Shown here: positions 1-11,335 of the stretch, piece by piece | Numbering within the stretch: position 1 is the first letter of the stretch | Layout of the letters: each line of letters starts with the position of its first letter | Assembly (NCBI RefSeq): GCF_018336915.1 | Contig: NZ_CP064923.1 | Location: 330,001 to 362,000, forward strand | Length of the DNA: 32,000 nucleotides | Direction: 5' to 3' | From: Acaryochloris marina S15 | GTDB taxonomy: Bacteria; Cyanobacteriota; Cyanobacteriia; Thermosynechococcales; Thermosynechococcaceae | Translations under genes and position numbers: made by a program | The notes under the pieces: generated by a model | Seen by the model: only the letters and a program-made list of their open reading frames with translations | Database searches by the model: none | What the model was told of the DNA's origin: nothing

Positions 1-96
1 TAATTGTCTCCTGGACAAAGGTGTTGAACGGATGACTCCTTCAACCTAATTAATCTCGAAGCATATTTAGCAAGGAAACAGAGGAAGCTAATCGCG

Positions 97-1968
97 ATGC
101 CAAAGCTCGAACAACGATTTGACTACGTCAAAATTGGGCTAGCCTCTCCGGAACGGATCCGGCAGTGGGGGGAGCGCACCTTACCCAATAACCAAGTGGT
201 GGGTGAAGTCACCAAACCAGAAACCATCAACTACCGGACCTTAAAACCGGAGATGGATGGTTTGTTCTGTGAGCGAATCTTCGGCCCCGCCAAGGATTGG
301 GAATGTCACTGTGGCAAATATAAGCGAGTGCGGCACCGAGGCATTGTATGTGAGCGCTGTGGTGTAGAGGTTACAGAATCGCGAGTCCGTCGTCATCGCA
401 TGGGCTATATCAAATTAGCTGCTCCTGTGACCCATGTTTGGTACTTGAAAGGCATTCCTAGCTATATGGCCACCCTGTTAGACATGCCCCTGCGGGATGT
501 TGAACAGATTGTTTATTTCAATGCCTATGTGGTTTTGGATCCAGGCAATGCCGATACGCTTTCTTATAAGCAACTATTAACAGAAGATCAGTGGATCGAA
601 ATTGAAGATCAAATCTACAGCGAAGATTCCCAACTGGAAGGAATTGAGGTAGGAATTGGTGCTGAGGCTGTTCAACGGTTATTGCAAGATATCCAGCTAG
701 AAACAGAAGCGGAGACTTTAAGAGAAACCATTGGCACTGCTAAGGGCCAGAAAAGAGCAAAGCTCATTAAGCGTTTGCGAGTGATCGACAACTTTGTCGG
801 AACGGGCTCCCAAACAGACTGGATGGTTCTGAGCGTCATTCCTGTTATTCCACCGGATTTGAGACCGATGGTGCAATTGGATGGTGGACGGTTTGCTACC
901 TCTGACCTCAATGACTTGTACCGTCGGGTGATTAACCGGAATAATCGACTGGCTCGATTGCAAGAGATTTTAGCCCCAGAGATTATTGTCCGTAATGAAA
1001 AACGGATGTTGCAAGAGGCGGTTGATGCCTTGATCGACAATGGCCGTCGGGGCCGCACCGTGGTAGGAGCCAATAATCGTCCCCTGAAATCTCTCTCTGA
1101 CATCATTGAAGGAAAGCAAGGCCGTTTCCGCCAGAACTTACTGGGTAAGCGGGTTGACTATTCCGGTCGTTCTGTCATTGTGGTGGGTCCCAAGCTGAAA
1201 ATGCACCAGTGCGGATTGCCGAAAGAGATGGCGATTGAACTCTTTCAGCCTTTTGTTATCCATCGCTTGATCGGCCAAGGCTTGGTGAACAATATCAAGG
1301 CTGCTAAGCGTTTGATCCAACGGAATGATCCCGTCATTTGGGATGTATTGGAAGAAGTCATCGAGGGGCATCCGGTGATGCTAAACCGGGCACCGACCCT
1401 TCACCGATTAGGAATTCAAGCTTTTGAACCCATCCTGGTGGATGGTCGAGCAATTCAGCTCCATCCTCTGGTCTGTCCGGCCTTTAACGCTGACTTTGAT
1501 GGGGACCAAATGGCTGTTCACGTTCCCCTCTCGATTGAAGCCCAGTCGGAAGCCCGTCTTCTAATGTTGGCATCGAATAATATTCTGTCTCCAGCAACAG
1601 GACGTCCCATTGTTACCCCTAGTCAGGACATGGTGTTGGGTGCTTACTACCTGACCGCAGAGAATCCGGATCGGCAAAACGGGGCGGGTAAGTATTTCGC
1701 CCATTTGGACGACGCCATTATGGCCTATGAGCAGCAGCAAATTGACTTGCATGCGTACGTTTGGGTTCGATTTGATGGTTCTGTCGATGACGGAGAGGAT
1801 GACGTTGAACCTGAAGTAGAAACCTCTGCTGACGGGACGGTTATCCAAACTTACCCCTCTCGCCGAATTCGTAAGGATGCAGACGGGAACTTGATTTCGC
1901 AATATATTCGCACGACCCCTGGTCGAATGATTTACAACAAAACCATCCAAGATTCATTGGCTAGCTAA
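97..1968 (+). CDS. rpoC1: DNA-directed RNA polymerase subunit gamma (N-terminal part of beta-prime, cyanobacterial split form)
   Basis: 623-aa ORF. Has the Zn-finger-like CHCGKYK...CERCGV segment and the catalytic NADFDGDQM motif. It ends where a bacterial beta-prime would continue, and rpoC2 follows 16 nt later. Confidence 0.97.
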   Translation: MPKLEQRFDYVKIGLASPERIRQWGERTLPNNQVVGEVTKPETINYRTLKPEMDGLFCERIFGPAKDWECHCGKYKRVRHRGIVCERCGVEVTESRVRRHRMGYIKLAAPVTHVWYLKGIPSYMATLLDMPLRDVEQIVYFNAYVVLDPGNADTLSYKQLLTEDQWIEIEDQIYSEDSQLEGIEVGIGAEAVQRLLQDIQLETEAETLRETIGTAKGQKRAKLIKRLRVIDNFVGTGSQTDWMVLSVIPVIPPDLRPMVQLDGGRFATSDLNDLYRRVINRNNRLARLQEILAPEIIVRNEKRMLQEAVDALIDNGRRGRTVVGANNRPLKSLSDIIEGKQGRFRQNLLGKRVDYSGRSVIVVGPKLKMHQCGLPKEMAIELFQPFVIHRLIGQGLVNNIKAAKRLIQRNDPVIWDVLEEVIEGHPVMLNRAPTLHRLGIQAFEPILVDGRAIQLHPLVCPAFNADFDGDQMAVHVPLSIEAQSEARLLMLASNNILSPATGRPIVTPSQDMVLGAYYLTAENPDRQNGAGKYFAHLDDAIMAYEQQQIDLHAYVWVRFDGSVDDGEDDVEPEVETSADGTVIQTYPSRRIRKDADGNLISQYIRTTPGRMIYNKTIQDSLAS

Positions 1969-1984
1969 GTTGGAGAAGCAGATT

Positions 1985-4900
1985 ATGGCAGAGCGTTCAA
2001 CCCATTCCCCTCGCGAGGCGACTCCACCAGCCTTTTGTAATAAAATCGTCAACAAAGGGCAGCTAAAGTCGCTAGTGCATTGGGCTTTTACCCATTATGG
2101 AACCGCCCGCACCGCCGAGATGGCGGATCATTTGAAGGATTTAGGATTTAAATACGCCACTAAGGCCGGGGTCTCCATTAGTGTCGATGACCTTCAAGTC
2201 CCTCCCCGTAAACGCCAACTCTTAGAAACCGCTGAAGAAGAAATTCGAGTAACAGAGGATCGTTACACTCGTGGTGAAATTACTGAAGTTGAGCGGTTTC
2301 AGAAGGTAATTGATACCTGGAACGGCACGAGTGAAGAACTCAAAGATGAGGTGGTTCGCAACTTTCGCTCCAATAACCCCCTGAACTCGGTCTACATGAT
2401 GGCGTTCTCAGGGGCAAGGGGTAACCTATCCCAGGTCCGCCAATTGGTGGGTATGCGGGGTTTGATGGCAGATCCGCAAGGAGAGATCATCGACTTACCG
2501 ATTAAGACTAACTTCCGTGAAGGCTTAACGGTTACGGAATATATTATTTCTTCTTACGGTGCTCGTAAAGGACTGGTGGACACCGCTCTGAGAACAGCTG
2601 ACTCGGGGTATTTGACCCGTCGTTTGGTGGATGTTTCCCAAGATGTGATCATCCGAGAGCTAGATTGTGGGACCAAACGCGGAATTCCGGTCCGTAGTAT
2701 GACCGATGGCGATCGCGTTTTGATTCCCTTAGCCAATCGATTGTTAGGGCGTGTTGTTCTGGAAGAAGTCGTTCACCCCGAAACGGGAGAAGTGGTTCTG
2801 CCCAAGAATGAGGCTGTTTCAGAATCCATTGCGAAAGAGATTGCTAAGGCTGGAGTGGAAGAAGTTATTGTTCGCTCTCCCCTAACTTGTGAAGCAGCTC
2901 GCTCCGTTTGTCAGCATTGTTATGGCTGGAGCCTGGCCCATGCTCACCTCGTAGATACTGGGGAAGCGGTTGGTATTATTGCAGCCCAATCTATTGGTGA
3001 ACCAGGAACACAGCTCACCATGCGGACCTTTCACACAGGTGGAGTGTTTACCGGTGAAGTGGCTCGCCAAATCCGGGCACCTTTCAACGGCAAAATCAAG
3101 TTCCCCAAAAAGATGCGGAGCCGTCCCTTCAGAACTCGTCATGGGGAAGATGCCCTGACCGCTGAAGTGAGCACCAGTTTGACCTTAGAAGGGGAAGGGA
3201 AAAACGAAACCTTTGAAATTACCCAAAACTCAACGCTTTTAGTCAAAGATGGCCAAGCTGTGAAAGTGGGGCAGATGTTAGCAGAAGTGGCGGCGGCTGG
3301 ACGAAATGTTCGCAAAACCACCGAAAAAGCGACGAAGGACGTGGCCTCTGATCTGGCTGGAGAGGTGCAATTTTCGAATCTCGTCCCTGAAGAAAAGCAT
3401 GATCGACAAGGTAATACGACGCGCATTGCTCCTCGTGGTGGCTTGATTTGGGTTCTTTCTGGTGAAGTCTATAACTTGCCGCCTGGTGCTGAGCCTATCG
3501 TTAAAAACGAAGACTACATCAACGGTGAAGATGTTTTAGCAGAGACCAAGCTTGTCACTGAGCATGGAGGTGTCGTTCGTCTTCCGGTACAGGAAGAAGG
3601 CAAAGGGGGCCGAGAAGTTGAAATTATTACGGCTTCTGTTTTGCTGGACCAAGCTAAAGTCTGTCTGGAGAGTCTGCAAGGCCGAGACCAGTATGTAATT
3701 GAAGCCCAGAAGAAGCAGCGTTTTCTGCTGAAAGCGGCTCCAGGGACTAAGGTCATCAATGGTCAAGTGGTTGCTGAACTCATCGATGATCACTACCGCA
3801 CCAAAACTGGTGGCATCCTCAAATATGCTGGCGTTGAAGTTACTAAAAAAGGTAAGGCGAAGCAAGGGTTCGAAGTGACCCAGGGTGGAACGTTGCTCTG
3901 GATTGCGGAAGAATCCCATGAGGTTAATAAAGATATTTCTTTACTGTTGGTCGAAGATGGCCAATATGTTGAAGCTGGCACAGAAGTGGTCAAAGATATC
4001 TTTTGTCAAAGTAATGGAGTGGTCGAAGTTACCCAGAAAAACGACATCTTACGAGAGGTGTTGGTCAAACCTGGGGATCTGCATTTAGTCGATGACCCAG
4101 AAGCAGTCAAGAGTAAGGATCAGACCCTATTAAATCCAGGAGAAGAACTTTTACCTGGATTAGGGACAGATGAACTGCGATACATCGAATGTGTCACGAC
4201 CCCAGAAGGGGATGCGGTTCTCCTCCGGCCCGTTACTGAGTTTCCTGTACCGGATAAACCTGCTGTTCCGTCTCAAGAATCGATTAATGAGGCTGGGCGC
4301 TCAATTTGTCTAAAGGCAGTGCAGCGTCTTCCTTATAAAGATGGCGAGCGGGTGAAGTCAGTTGAAGGAGTTGATTTACTGCGGACTCAATTGGTACTGG
4401 AAATTGATACCGATGCGCCGCAAATTGCTGCTGATATTGAAATTTTGTCAGATGACAAGGATGAGGAAATCTCTCGTCTACAGCTGGTGATTTTAGAAAC
4501 TTTAGTCATTCGCCGGGATGTTTCTGCGGATCAAACCCAAGGAAGTACCAAAACACGGCTGTTAGTTGAAGAAGGACAGCAAATTGATCCGGGGGCTGTG
4601 GTGGCTCGTACCGAGATCAAGGCTAAGCAAGGCGGTAAGATTCGAGGTATCCGGAGTGGGAATGAGGCAACTCGCCGAATTCTGCTGATGACGAATGATG
4701 ATCTCATCACGATTGAGACTTCAGGGAAAACGACTTCTGCCTCTGAGGGAGAACTCCTCAGGGCAGGAGATGAAGTAGCTGCTGGCGTGACAGTTGAAGA
4801 GTCTTGCCAAGTCATGAAAGTTGAAGATGGCAAGGTTACTTTGCGCATTGCCCGTCCTTACTTGGTTTCTCCAGGAGCGGTCTTACAAATTGATGACCAG

Positions 4901-5980
4901 GATCTGGTCCAACGGGGCGACAACTTAGCACTGCTGGTGTTTGAGCGCACCAAGACGGGAGATATTATTCAGGGCCTACCTCGAATTGAAGAGTTGCTAG
5001 AAGCCCGTAAACCCAAGGAGATGTGCACTCTCGCACAACGCTCTGGAACTTGCCAAGTTATTTACAACGATGATGACAGTATTGAAGTCAAAATTGTTGA
5101 ACAGGATGGGACGATTACCGATTATCCTATCGGACCTGGACAAAACCCCATTGTCCTAGACGGTCAGACAGTCGAGGCGGGCGAAGCGGTTACAGATGGT
5201 CCGCTGAACCCCCATGACATTCTGGAAATTTATTTCCGGTTCCACCGGGAGACGAAGGGGGTTTATGAATCTGCATTGCTTAGCTTGCAGAAAGTCCAGA
5301 AGTTTCTCGTGAATGGTGTGCAGTCGGTGTATCAGTCTCAAGGGATTGATATTTCAGATAAGCATATCGAAGTAGTGGTTCGGCAGATGAGTTCTAAGGT
5401 CCGAATTGACGATGGGGGTGATACCACGATGCTGCCAGGAGAGCTAATTGATCTGTACCAAGTGGAACAGGTGAATGCGGCTATGTCGATTACGGGTGGA
5501 GCCCCGGCGGAATATACGCCCGTGTTATTGGGGATTACCAAGGCATCCTTGAATACCGATAGCTTTATTTCGGCTGCTAGTTTCCAAGAGACGACTCGAG
5601 TTCTGACGGAAGCTGCGATTCAGGGTAAATCTGATTGGCTGCGAGGCTTGAAAGAGAATGTGATCATTGGACGCCTCATTCCTGCGGGTACAGGCTTTAA
5701 TTCCTATGATGATGGTGGTTTAGGAGAACCTGATCCCTCATTTGAAGGAATGCCTTTTACGGATTCTGACGATGTGATTGACGATCGCACCGCTCGGAAT
5801 TACAACATCAATGATGTCAAACCTTTCTCTGGCGGCGAGCGGCCTGCTTATGATCCCAACAAGCCTGGTGAGCAACAACGGTCCATGCTAGGTATTGATC
5901 CTGCGGCAGTAGGGGATGATACCCTGATTGACGATCAAGTGGCTGAGAAGCTGAATGCCAATCTGGAAGGGAATCAGTAA
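1985..5980 (+). CDS. rpoC2: DNA-directed RNA polymerase subunit beta-prime (C-terminal part, with the large cyanobacterial lineage-specific insertion)
   Basis: The ORF track opens at TTG 1970. ATG 1985 is preferred because GGAG at 1972-1975 lies about 10 nt upstream. Conserved beta-prime segments are present ([54 protein letters not shown]...[19 protein letters not shown]). A roughly 600-aa insertion lies between the trigger-loop halves. Confidence 0.96.
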   Translation: MAERSTHSPREATPPAFCNKIVNKGQLKSLVHWAFTHYGTARTAEMADHLKDLGFKYATKAGVSISVDDLQVPPRKRQLLETAEEEIRVTEDRYTRGEITEVERFQKVIDTWNGTSEELKDEVVRNFRSNNPLNSVYMMAFSGARGNLSQVRQLVGMRGLMADPQGEIIDLPIKTNFREGLTVTEYIISSYGARKGLVDTALRTADSGYLTRRLVDVSQDVIIRELDCGTKRGIPVRSMTDGDRVLIPLANRLLGRVVLEEVVHPETGEVVLPKNEAVSESIAKEIAKAGVEEVIVRSPLTCEAARSVCQHCYGWSLAHAHLVDTGEAVGIIAAQSIGEPGTQLTMRTFHTGGVFTGEVARQIRAPFNGKIKFPKKMRSRPFRTRHGEDALTAEVSTSLTLEGEGKNETFEITQNSTLLVKDGQAVKVGQMLAEVAAAGRNVRKTTEKATKDVASDLAGEVQFSNLVPEEKHDRQGNTTRIAPRGGLIWVLSGEVYNLPPGAEPIVKNEDYINGEDVLAETKLVTEHGGVVRLPVQEEGKGGREVEIITASVLLDQAKVCLESLQGRDQYVIEAQKKQRFLLKAAPGTKVINGQVVAELIDDHYRTKTGGILKYAGVEVTKKGKAKQGFEVTQGGTLLWIAEESHEVNKDISLLLVEDGQYVEAGTEVVKDIFCQSNGVVEVTQKNDILREVLVKPGDLHLVDDPEAVKSKDQTLLNPGEELLPGLGTDELRYIECVTTPEGDAVLLRPVTEFPVPDKPAVPSQESINEAGRSICLKAVQRLPYKDGERVKSVEGVDLLRTQLVLEIDTDAPQIAADIEILSDDKDEEISRLQLVILETLVIRRDVSADQTQGSTKTRLLVEEGQQIDPGAVVARTEIKAKQGGKIRGIRSGNEATRRILLMTNDDLITIETSGKTTSASEGELLRAGDEVAAGVTVEESCQVMKVEDGKVTLRIARPYLVSPGAVLQIDDQDLVQRGDNLALLVFERTKTGDIIQGLPRIEELLEARKPKEMCTLAQRSGTCQVIYNDDDSIEVKIVEQDGTITDYPIGPGQNPIVLDGQTVEAGEAVTDGPLNPHDILEIYFRFHRETKGVYESALLSLQKVQKFLVNGVQSVYQSQGIDISDKHIEVVVRQMSSKVRIDDGGDTTMLPGELIDLYQVEQVNAAMSITGGAPAEYTPVLLGITKASLNTDSFISAASFQETTRVLTEAAIQGKSDWLRGLKENVIIGRLIPAGTGFNSYDDGGLGEPDPSFEGMPFTDSDDVIDDRTARNYNINDVKPFSGGERPAYDPNKPGEQQRSMLGIDPAAVGDDTLIDDQVAEKLNANLEGNQ

Positions 5981-5992
5981 TCGGTGAAAGTA

Positions 5993-6019
5993 GGGGCTCA
6001 AATCGAGTCCCTGCTTTTT
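5993..6019 (+). terminator. Candidate rho-independent terminator after rpoC2
   Basis: 7-bp stem GGGGCTC/GAGTCCC (one G-U pair), loop AAATC, then TGCTTTTTG. It starts 13 nt after the rpoC2 stop. Confidence 0.5.
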
Positions 6020-6096
6020 GAGGTTGGCTTTTAGATTTTAGGTACCCAACTTTTGTGCCTATCTTCTGGGAGTTGAAAAAGCATGAGGTCGTCACC

Positions 6097-6948
6097 ATGC
6101 GGGCTAGAATTCGGGATACTGAACTTTACTTTGATGTTGAAGGCTGTGAACTTGCGATCGCAACCTCTCACATCCAGCAAAAACCCGTATTTTTCGTCAT
6201 CCATGGTGGACCAGGGGTAGACCATACGACCTGCCGCCCCGTCTTATCGCCATTGAGTGAAATCGCTCAACTCGTCTATTTTGATCATCGGGGTCATGGT
6301 CGCTCAGCACGAGGTAATTCTGAGACCTATACCCTGGATAACAATGTTGAAGATATGGAGGCTCTACGCCAGTATTTGGGGCTAGAGCGTATAGGTTTAC
6401 TTGGGTTTTCCTATGGGGGAATGGTCGCACTTACCTATGCCAGCCGCTACCCCAACCATGTTTCTCAGTTAATTCCCGTGGTCACGGCTGCGGATTCTCG
6501 ATTTTTAACCTTAGCCCAAGCGAAGCTTGCCAGGGAAGGAACACCCGAACAGCAAGTCATTGCTCAATTGCTGTGGGATGGCCAGTTCGCATCTGAACAG
6601 CAGTTGCAAGAGTATTTTCAGCTTTTAGGCCCTCTCTATTCTTTAACGTTCGATCTAGACAAATCGATGGATGCTTGGCGTCGAGTAATTTTTAATCCTG
6701 AGGCGATCAACCAAGCCTTTGGTGGATTCTTAAGAACCTATGATATTCGAGCGGCACTGCCTCAAATCAGTGTGCCAACGCTGGTTATCGGGGCTGAAAA
6801 AGATTGGATTTGTCCACCCCAATTTTCGAGAGAGATTGCTCAGGCGATTCCAAATGCCAGATTAGAAATCGTGCCCAACTCTGGTCATTCGATTCGAGCT
6901 GATGCACCAAAGATATTGCTGGAATTGGTTTCAAATTTTATGCAATAA
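6097..6948 (+). CDS. Alpha/beta hydrolase, proline iminopeptidase-like (S33 family)
   Basis: HGGPG motif, GFSYGG nucleophile elbow and C-terminal SGHS histidine region. ATG 6097 is preferred over 6055 because GAGG at 6085-6088 precedes it. Confidence 0.8.
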   Translation: MRARIRDTELYFDVEGCELAIATSHIQQKPVFFVIHGGPGVDHTTCRPVLSPLSEIAQLVYFDHRGHGRSARGNSETYTLDNNVEDMEALRQYLGLERIGLLGFSYGGMVALTYASRYPNHVSQLIPVVTAADSRFLTLAQAKLAREGTPEQQVIAQLLWDGQFASEQQLQEYFQLLGPLYSLTFDLDKSMDAWRRVIFNPEAINQAFGGFLRTYDIRAALPQISVPTLVIGAEKDWICPPQFSREIAQAIPNARLEIVPNSGHSIRADAPKILLELVSNFMQ

Positions 6949-6996
6949 ATGCAGCGTATTGGGTTGCTGCTGAGCCTTTAAACATGAGAATTGGAA

Positions 6997-8352
6997 TCAT
7001 AATGCAGACTCTAGAGGTACGGTCTGTCGAAGATTGCATGTTCTTTGATTCCAAAGATAGGCTCCAACCCCGGTTAGAAGGTTAGACAATCCCGTTGCTA
7101 CAAAAATGCCTTGAATACCAAAAAAGTGAGACCCAAAATAGGCCAAAGGAATATAAAGGACAAACATTCTGATGGCTGTCATCACAACGGAGGGGATGGG
7201 TTTGCCCAACGCATTAAACGTGGCGCTAGAAACTTGGATAATCCCTGCTGGAGCGTAGGTAATAGGTACGATGAGGAGATATAGAGCTGCGATCGCAACC
7301 ACCTCAGGATTGCCATTAAACGAGCTGACCAATTGTCTGCCAGTCGCTGCGAGTAACACAGCCATCAACATGCCCCAAAACAAACAAAATTGAAAGCTGA
7401 TCTTGAGAGATCGCTCCACCCGAGCGTAAGCTTTTGCCCCCCAGTTTTGGCCGACAAAGGGGCCCATGCTGGCTGCCAAGGCAAATAGCGTGATTAAGGC
7501 GAAGGACTCCACTCGCGATGCCACCCCAAAGGCTGCTACAGCTTCGTCACCGTAGAAGGCGAGGAGACTCGTGATCATCCCCACAGAAATCGGCGTAATC
7601 ATGCTGGTCATCGCCGCCGGGAGACCAATGCGGAGGATATCCAGCCAACATCTCAGCATCTCGGACAGCTTAGGGCGTTGGAAGCAGAGCAGGTGTTCTT
7701 TAAAGTGCAGAACGATCAGGGAGGCAGCAAAAGTAAGGGCTCGTGCAATCACCGTTGCTATGGCTGCGCCCTGTAATTCTAAACGCGGTAATCCCCCTAG
7801 ACCCAATATAAACAGCGGATCTAGGGCAATATTAATTCCAGCTGCGACGGTCATAATAACGCTGGGAGTTGCAGTATTCCCGGCTGCACGGATTGCACTG
7901 TTCCCCACCATCGGTACCACCAAGAAAATCATGCCTAGATACCAGATCTGCATGTAGTCCCGAACTAAAGGGAGAACATCTGCCGTTGCTCCCAGGGCTG
8001 TGAAGAGTGGATCAATCGTTAATAGTCCCACCACGATAAAGACCCCAACAATAGCCAGAGCTAGGGTCAAACTATTGGTGGTAAAGCGCTTTACTCTGGT
8101 TTGATCCCCTTCACCAATCGCTCGGGCAATGATTGAAGCAGCACCCGTCCCTAATCCCATGGCTAAGCTACCAAAGGTACTGACCACCGGAAAGGTAAAA
8201 CTCATGGCTGCTAGTTCTTGCGTGCCGAGCTGACCGACAAAATAGGTGTCTGCCAAATTGAAGGCAACAATCGCAAAAATTCCCCACACCAGCGGTAAGG
8301 TAAGTTTGATCAATTGGGCACTAACATTACCTTCCGTTAATCGCTGTCTCAC
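6997..8352 (-). CDS. MATE family efflux transporter
   Basis: 451 aa with about 12 hydrophobic segments. The N-terminal pattern ...LTLPLVWGIFAIVAFNLADTYFVGQLG..ELAAMSF.FP is typical of NorM/DinF-type MATE proteins. Confidence 0.85.
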   Translation of the reverse strand: MRQRLTEGNVSAQLIKLTLPLVWGIFAIVAFNLADTYFVGQLGTQELAAMSFTFPVVSTFGSLAMGLGTGAASIIARAIGEGDQTRVKRFTTNSLTLALAIVGVFIVVGLLTIDPLFTALGATADVLPLVRDYMQIWYLGMIFLVVPMVGNSAIRAAGNTATPSVIMTVAAGINIALDPLFILGLGGLPRLELQGAAIATVIARALTFAASLIVLHFKEHLLCFQRPKLSEMLRCWLDILRIGLPAAMTSMITPISVGMITSLLAFYGDEAVAAFGVASRVESFALITLFALAASMGPFVGQNWGAKAYARVERSLKISFQFCLFWGMLMAVLLAATGRQLVSSFNGNPEVVAIAALYLLIVPITYAPAGIIQVSSATFNALGKPIPSVVMTAIRMFVLYIPLAYFGSHFFGIQGIFVATGLSNLLTGVGAYLWNQRTCNLRQTVPLESAL

Positions 8353-8508
8353 GGTTTTTAGGGGGAGTAGGGTGGGGCATTTAGAGCCAACGATGCCTAG
8401 TTGTGGGTTAAATCTTACTCAACACCGTTGTATTTCTTTACAAATCTTAAAGCATTTTGCCCACTAACTGCACGGGGAATGCAACCAATATCTACTGCAT
8501 CAAGACTT

Positions 8509-8558
8509 CGCACCTATTAATTAATAGGTGCGCTAATCATTAATAGGTGCGCTAATCA
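8509..8558. promoter_or_regulatory. 24-bp perfect palindrome overlapping a 19-bp perfect tandem duplication (three TAATAGGTGCG half-sites)
   Basis: 8509-8532 CGCACCTATTAATTAATAGGTGCG is its own reverse complement. 8521-8539 and 8540-8558 are both TTAATAGGTGCGCTAATCA. The element lies between the stop of the 8584..9795 gene and the start of the MATE gene, 157-206 bp upstream of the MATE ATG. Confidence 0.6.
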
Positions 8559-8583
8559 ATATATAGGTATGAAAGGATTACTT

Positions 8584-9795
8584 TTAAGCAGGGCTATCTG
8601 TTGCTAGCTCCGGTGGAGCTGTACGTCGCTGCAGCACGATAATGTTTGACCCAACCACGGGCTCTCGCGCTAGGAGCTGGTCGGTCTGGTCCCGAATTTC
8701 TAGCTTGGGAAAGTCCAGTTTACGGCTTCGTTCAAGAGCGTCCGTTCCCAATTGATTTTGTTCAGATCGGGACAAGTCAAACCAGCGATCGCTTACCTTA
8801 ATCACTAGCCGCTCAGCCTGGAAATTGGCTTGAACGGACTGGACAATATCCTGAGAATACTGATCAAAAACTTGGGCGACCTGAGACTGCACCTCGATAA
8901 TCTGCTTCCGCTCTGGCTCTGGTGGAGGCAGTGGCTCTTCTGCTGGAGCCTCAACGACAGGTGTCGAGGGTGGCGAGACAGGAGTGGGTTGAGCAACGGG
9001 GGCGGTTGCCGGAGATTTAGCGACCGGGGCGGGCTGTTGCTGAACTGCTGGTTGACTAGGCAGGATCAGGGAGGAAAATAACCAGTAGATTAAGGTTGCG
9101 AAGCTGAGAATAACAATGGTTAAAAACCGATCAGAGAATGACTTTAAACCTTCTGGAAAGCGACCTCGCAGAATCTTCAGTCCCAAGCCCCAGATTGGCT
9201 TAATCACCACATTGCCAATGAGAACAATGACATTATTCCATAGCCAACTAATGGCTTTAACAACGGGTTCTACCTTGCTGTAAAAGGATGCCTTCTTTAC
9301 CTGATTGCCGATGGTAGAGAGGATTGAGCCTAGGACTTTACCCACCCCCCCTACTAATTGGGTTAAAACAACTTCAATCTTGGAATCGCCGATTGTTGAA
9401 TTCTGAGCAGAGTCAGCTTTAGACTTAGGCCCTTTTTTAGGTGTAGATTTTGGCCCTTTCCCAGATTTAGGTCTTGCTGATTTGGGTTTTACGTCATTAG
9501 GCTTTTCAGCATTAGGCTTTTCAGCCTGATCCGGCGTAGAAGAGGCTGATTCAGGTTCTTTCTTCTCTTCAGTCTGTAGGGGAGGCTTTGGAGCCGCTTT
9601 AGGTGAATCTGAGGCGGGATCAATGGGCTCCGCTTTTGCAGACGAGTCAGGAACTGTAGCGGTTGACTCTGCCTTAGCAGGAACATCAATGGTCGGGGAT
9701 TTATCAGAATCAGGAGCGTTGGGTGTTTCAAGGTTAGCTTTGGGTTCCTTGATATCTGCTTCTGATGCCGAGGGGGTGGGTTGCTCTGCTGACAT
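8584..9795 (-). CDS. Hypothetical membrane protein with disordered Pro/Lys/Ser-rich N-terminus and Pro-rich linker
   Basis: 403-aa ORF. It has an N-terminal low-complexity region (EKPNAEKPNDVKPKSARPKSGKGPKSTPKKGPKSK). It also has central hydrophobic segments, a PAPVAKSPATAPVAQPTPVSPPSTPVV linker and a roughly 110-aa C-terminal globular region. No family was recognised. Confidence 0.65.
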   Translation of the reverse strand: MSAEQPTPSASEADIKEPKANLETPNAPDSDKSPTIDVPAKAESTATVPDSSAKAEPIDPASDSPKAAPKPPLQTEEKKEPESASSTPDQAEKPNAEKPNDVKPKSARPKSGKGPKSTPKKGPKSKADSAQNSTIGDSKIEVVLTQLVGGVGKVLGSILSTIGNQVKKASFYSKVEPVVKAISWLWNNVIVLIGNVVIKPIWGLGLKILRGRFPEGLKSFSDRFLTIVILSFATLIYWLFSSLILPSQPAVQQQPAPVAKSPATAPVAQPTPVSPPSTPVVEAPAEEPLPPPEPERKQIIEVQSQVAQVFDQYSQDIVQSVQANFQAERLVIKVSDRWFDLSRSEQNQLGTDALERSRKLDFPKLEIRDQTDQLLAREPVVGSNIIVLQRRTAPPELATDSPA

Positions 9796-9979
9796 AGGTT
9801 TAGAACAAAAGACAGAACTGGGCTGGTTCTCAAAACGTAAGCAGGCTACCGCTGCTCAGCCCTAATCTATCATCAAACCGGGATGCCAAGTGCCGCATTC
9901 AAGTAACGAATAACGAATGAATGAGCTATACCCAGAGCCGAAGAAAAAAGGATTCTAGTTTGTTGGACTTAAGCTGTGC

Positions 9980-10150
9980 CTAAGACAAGGTGGCAGCAAA
10001 AGCGCAAAGACCGACTACTAGTAGAACACCACCGACGGTCAACGCCATATTCATGGTTTTCTTCTGATCGGATGCAGGCTCGGCTGCGTAGGATTTGGGC
10101 TCGACAGCGAAATTATTGACGAGACCTCGATCTTCAGTGGTGTAGGGCAT
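9980..10150 (-). CDS. Small single-TM protein, possibly ssl1498/Psb34-like light-harvesting-like family
   Basis: 56 aa from the internal ATG (MPYTTEDRGLVNNFAVEPKSYAAEP...). It has one C-terminal TM helix (ALTVGGVLLVVGLCAFAATL). The N-terminal pattern recalls the ssl1498 family from memory only. The track start at 10177 would add 9 residues. Confidence 0.5.
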   Translation of the reverse strand: MPYTTEDRGLVNNFAVEPKSYAAEPASDQKKTMNMALTVGGVLLVVGLCAFAATLS

Positions 10151-10347
10151 AGTTAAAGAAAATTCATTAAGTTTCACGAATTATAACAGACCGCCTCTAA
10201 CACCAAATGTTTATGGTGACAGCATTTTCATTCGTTCTGAACACGAAATTGACTGTAACAAGAGCTGTATGATCCCCGGAGCAATTCCACGATGTGAGAG
10301 GGGACTTTAGATATTCTTAGTGGACTAGCCACTAATAGACTCGTACC

Positions 10348-11175
10348 TTAGCTAGAGACTCGCCCCATCAAAGGAGAACTGGCACTAGCATAAGCTTTGA
10401 TCGGAATACGTCCAGACTGATAGGCCAATCGCCCAGCTTGGGTGGCCATTCCCATGGCAGTGGCCATCATCACTGGATCTTGAGCTTTTGCAATTGCAGT
10501 ATTGATCAGCACCGCATCAGCCCCCATCTCCATGGCTTGGGCTGCTTCGCTGGGGGAACCAAGCCCGGCGTCTACCACAACGGGCACGGTTGAATTCTCA
10601 ATAATGATCTGAATATTGGCGGCATTGTTGATCCCTTGCCCCGATCCAATGGGAGATCCCAAAGGCATGACGGTAGCACAGCCGACTTCTTCTAAGCGCT
10701 TGGCTAACAAGGGATCGGCATTAATATAGGGAAGGACCGCGAACCCTTCTTTGACCAGTTGCTCAGCAGCCTCCAAGGTGCCAATGGGATCGGGTAGCAA
10801 ATACTTAGAGTCTGGGATCACCTCTAGCTTGATAAAGTTATTGTCTTCTTGCCCCAACAGCTTGGCCATTTCTCGTCCTAGTCGGGCGACCCGGATAGCC
10901 TCCTCTGCCGTTTGACACCCAGCGGTATTGGGAAGCATCCATACCTTATGCCAATCCACGGCTTCGGCTAAGCCTTGATGCCCAGGGGCATTGGTTTGCA
11001 CCCGACGGACGGCAACCGTCAAAATCTCGCAGCCACTGGCAGCAATACTTTGCCGCATCATTTCAAAATCGTCATATTTGCCCGTGCCGGTCATTAACCT
11101 TGACTGGAACTGTCGATGACCAATTTGTAGGGGTTCAGTCGCCGCAGCCGAGGAGGAAGAATCAATGGTTTGCAT
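10348..11175 (-). CDS. thiG: Thiazole synthase
   Basis: 275 aa. Shows TGTGKY, ..ILTVAVRRV.., [28 protein letters not shown] and [31 protein letters not shown], the characteristic ThiG TIM-barrel pattern. Confidence 0.93.
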   Translation of the reverse strand: MQTIDSSSSAAATEPLQIGHRQFQSRLMTGTGKYDDFEMMRQSIAASGCEILTVAVRRVQTNAPGHQGLAEAVDWHKVWMLPNTAGCQTAEEAIRVARLGREMAKLLGQEDNNFIKLEVIPDSKYLLPDPIGTLEAAEQLVKEGFAVLPYINADPLLAKRLEEVGCATVMPLGSPIGSGQGINNAANIQIIIENSTVPVVVDAGLGSPSEAAQAMEMGADAVLINTAIAKAQDPVMMATAMGMATQAGRLAYQSGRIPIKAYASASSPLMGRVSS

Positions 11176-11273
11176 AGCCGAGGATGAAAGTCCAAGAAAA
11201 GTTCAGCAATGAAGGGAAACTGCCGCTAGGCTAGTGAAGTATCTCATATTATAAGAAACCAACTTGCGGTCAT

Positions 11274-11300
11274 GGGAACCCCCCATTTATCTCCTGCGTC
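11274..11300 (+). promoter_or_regulatory. Candidate ECF-type (autoregulated) promoter upstream of the sigma factor gene
   Basis: GGGAACC (11274-11280), then a 16-17 nt spacer, then CGTC (11297-11300). This lies 36 nt upstream of ATG 11336 and matches the generic ECF GGAAC-N16-17-CGT architecture. Confidence 0.4.
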
Positions 11301-11335
11301 AAAAGAGGCAGGTGTAATTATGGTCAATTCCATTC

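Noticed and set aside
1-96. Possible 3-prime end of rpoB upstream of rpoC1.
   Set aside because: Gene order makes it plausible. However, at most a stop codon is present at the window edge, so nothing can be supported from the sequence.
672-5541. Many 60-144 aa ORFs antisense to, or out of frame within, rpoC1/rpoC2 (for example 672..1106, 1561..1950, 3536..3919, 4531..4848).
   Set aside because: They lie entirely inside strongly conserved RNA polymerase coding sequence. Their translations are low-complexity or Arg/Ser-rich, as expected for antisense frames, and none has recognisable motifs.
6997-8352. MATE gene as the missing Wzx-type flippase of the glycan locus.
   Set aside because: It is 9 kb away in core-composition DNA, separated by unrelated housekeeping genes. 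It shows the NorM/DinF-like N-terminal pattern rather than a Wzx context.
7571-8467. Plus-strand ORFs 7571..7957 and 8246..8467.
   Set aside because: They are antisense to the MATE transporter gene, or lie in its upstream region, and they have no motifs. The MATE frame explains the open reading potential.
8805-9865. ORFs 8805..8996, 8830..9081, 9489..9833 and 9623..9865.
   Set aside because: They are alternative frames of the GC-rich, Pro-rich 8584..9795 gene. Such repetitive regions keep several frames open.
11176-11335. TPP riboswitch upstream of thiG.
   Set aside because: I looked on the minus strand for the conserved CUGAGA and ACCUGAUCUGGAUAAUGCCAGCG-type elements and found neither. 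The region is better explained as a divergent promoter, including the ECF-type motif.
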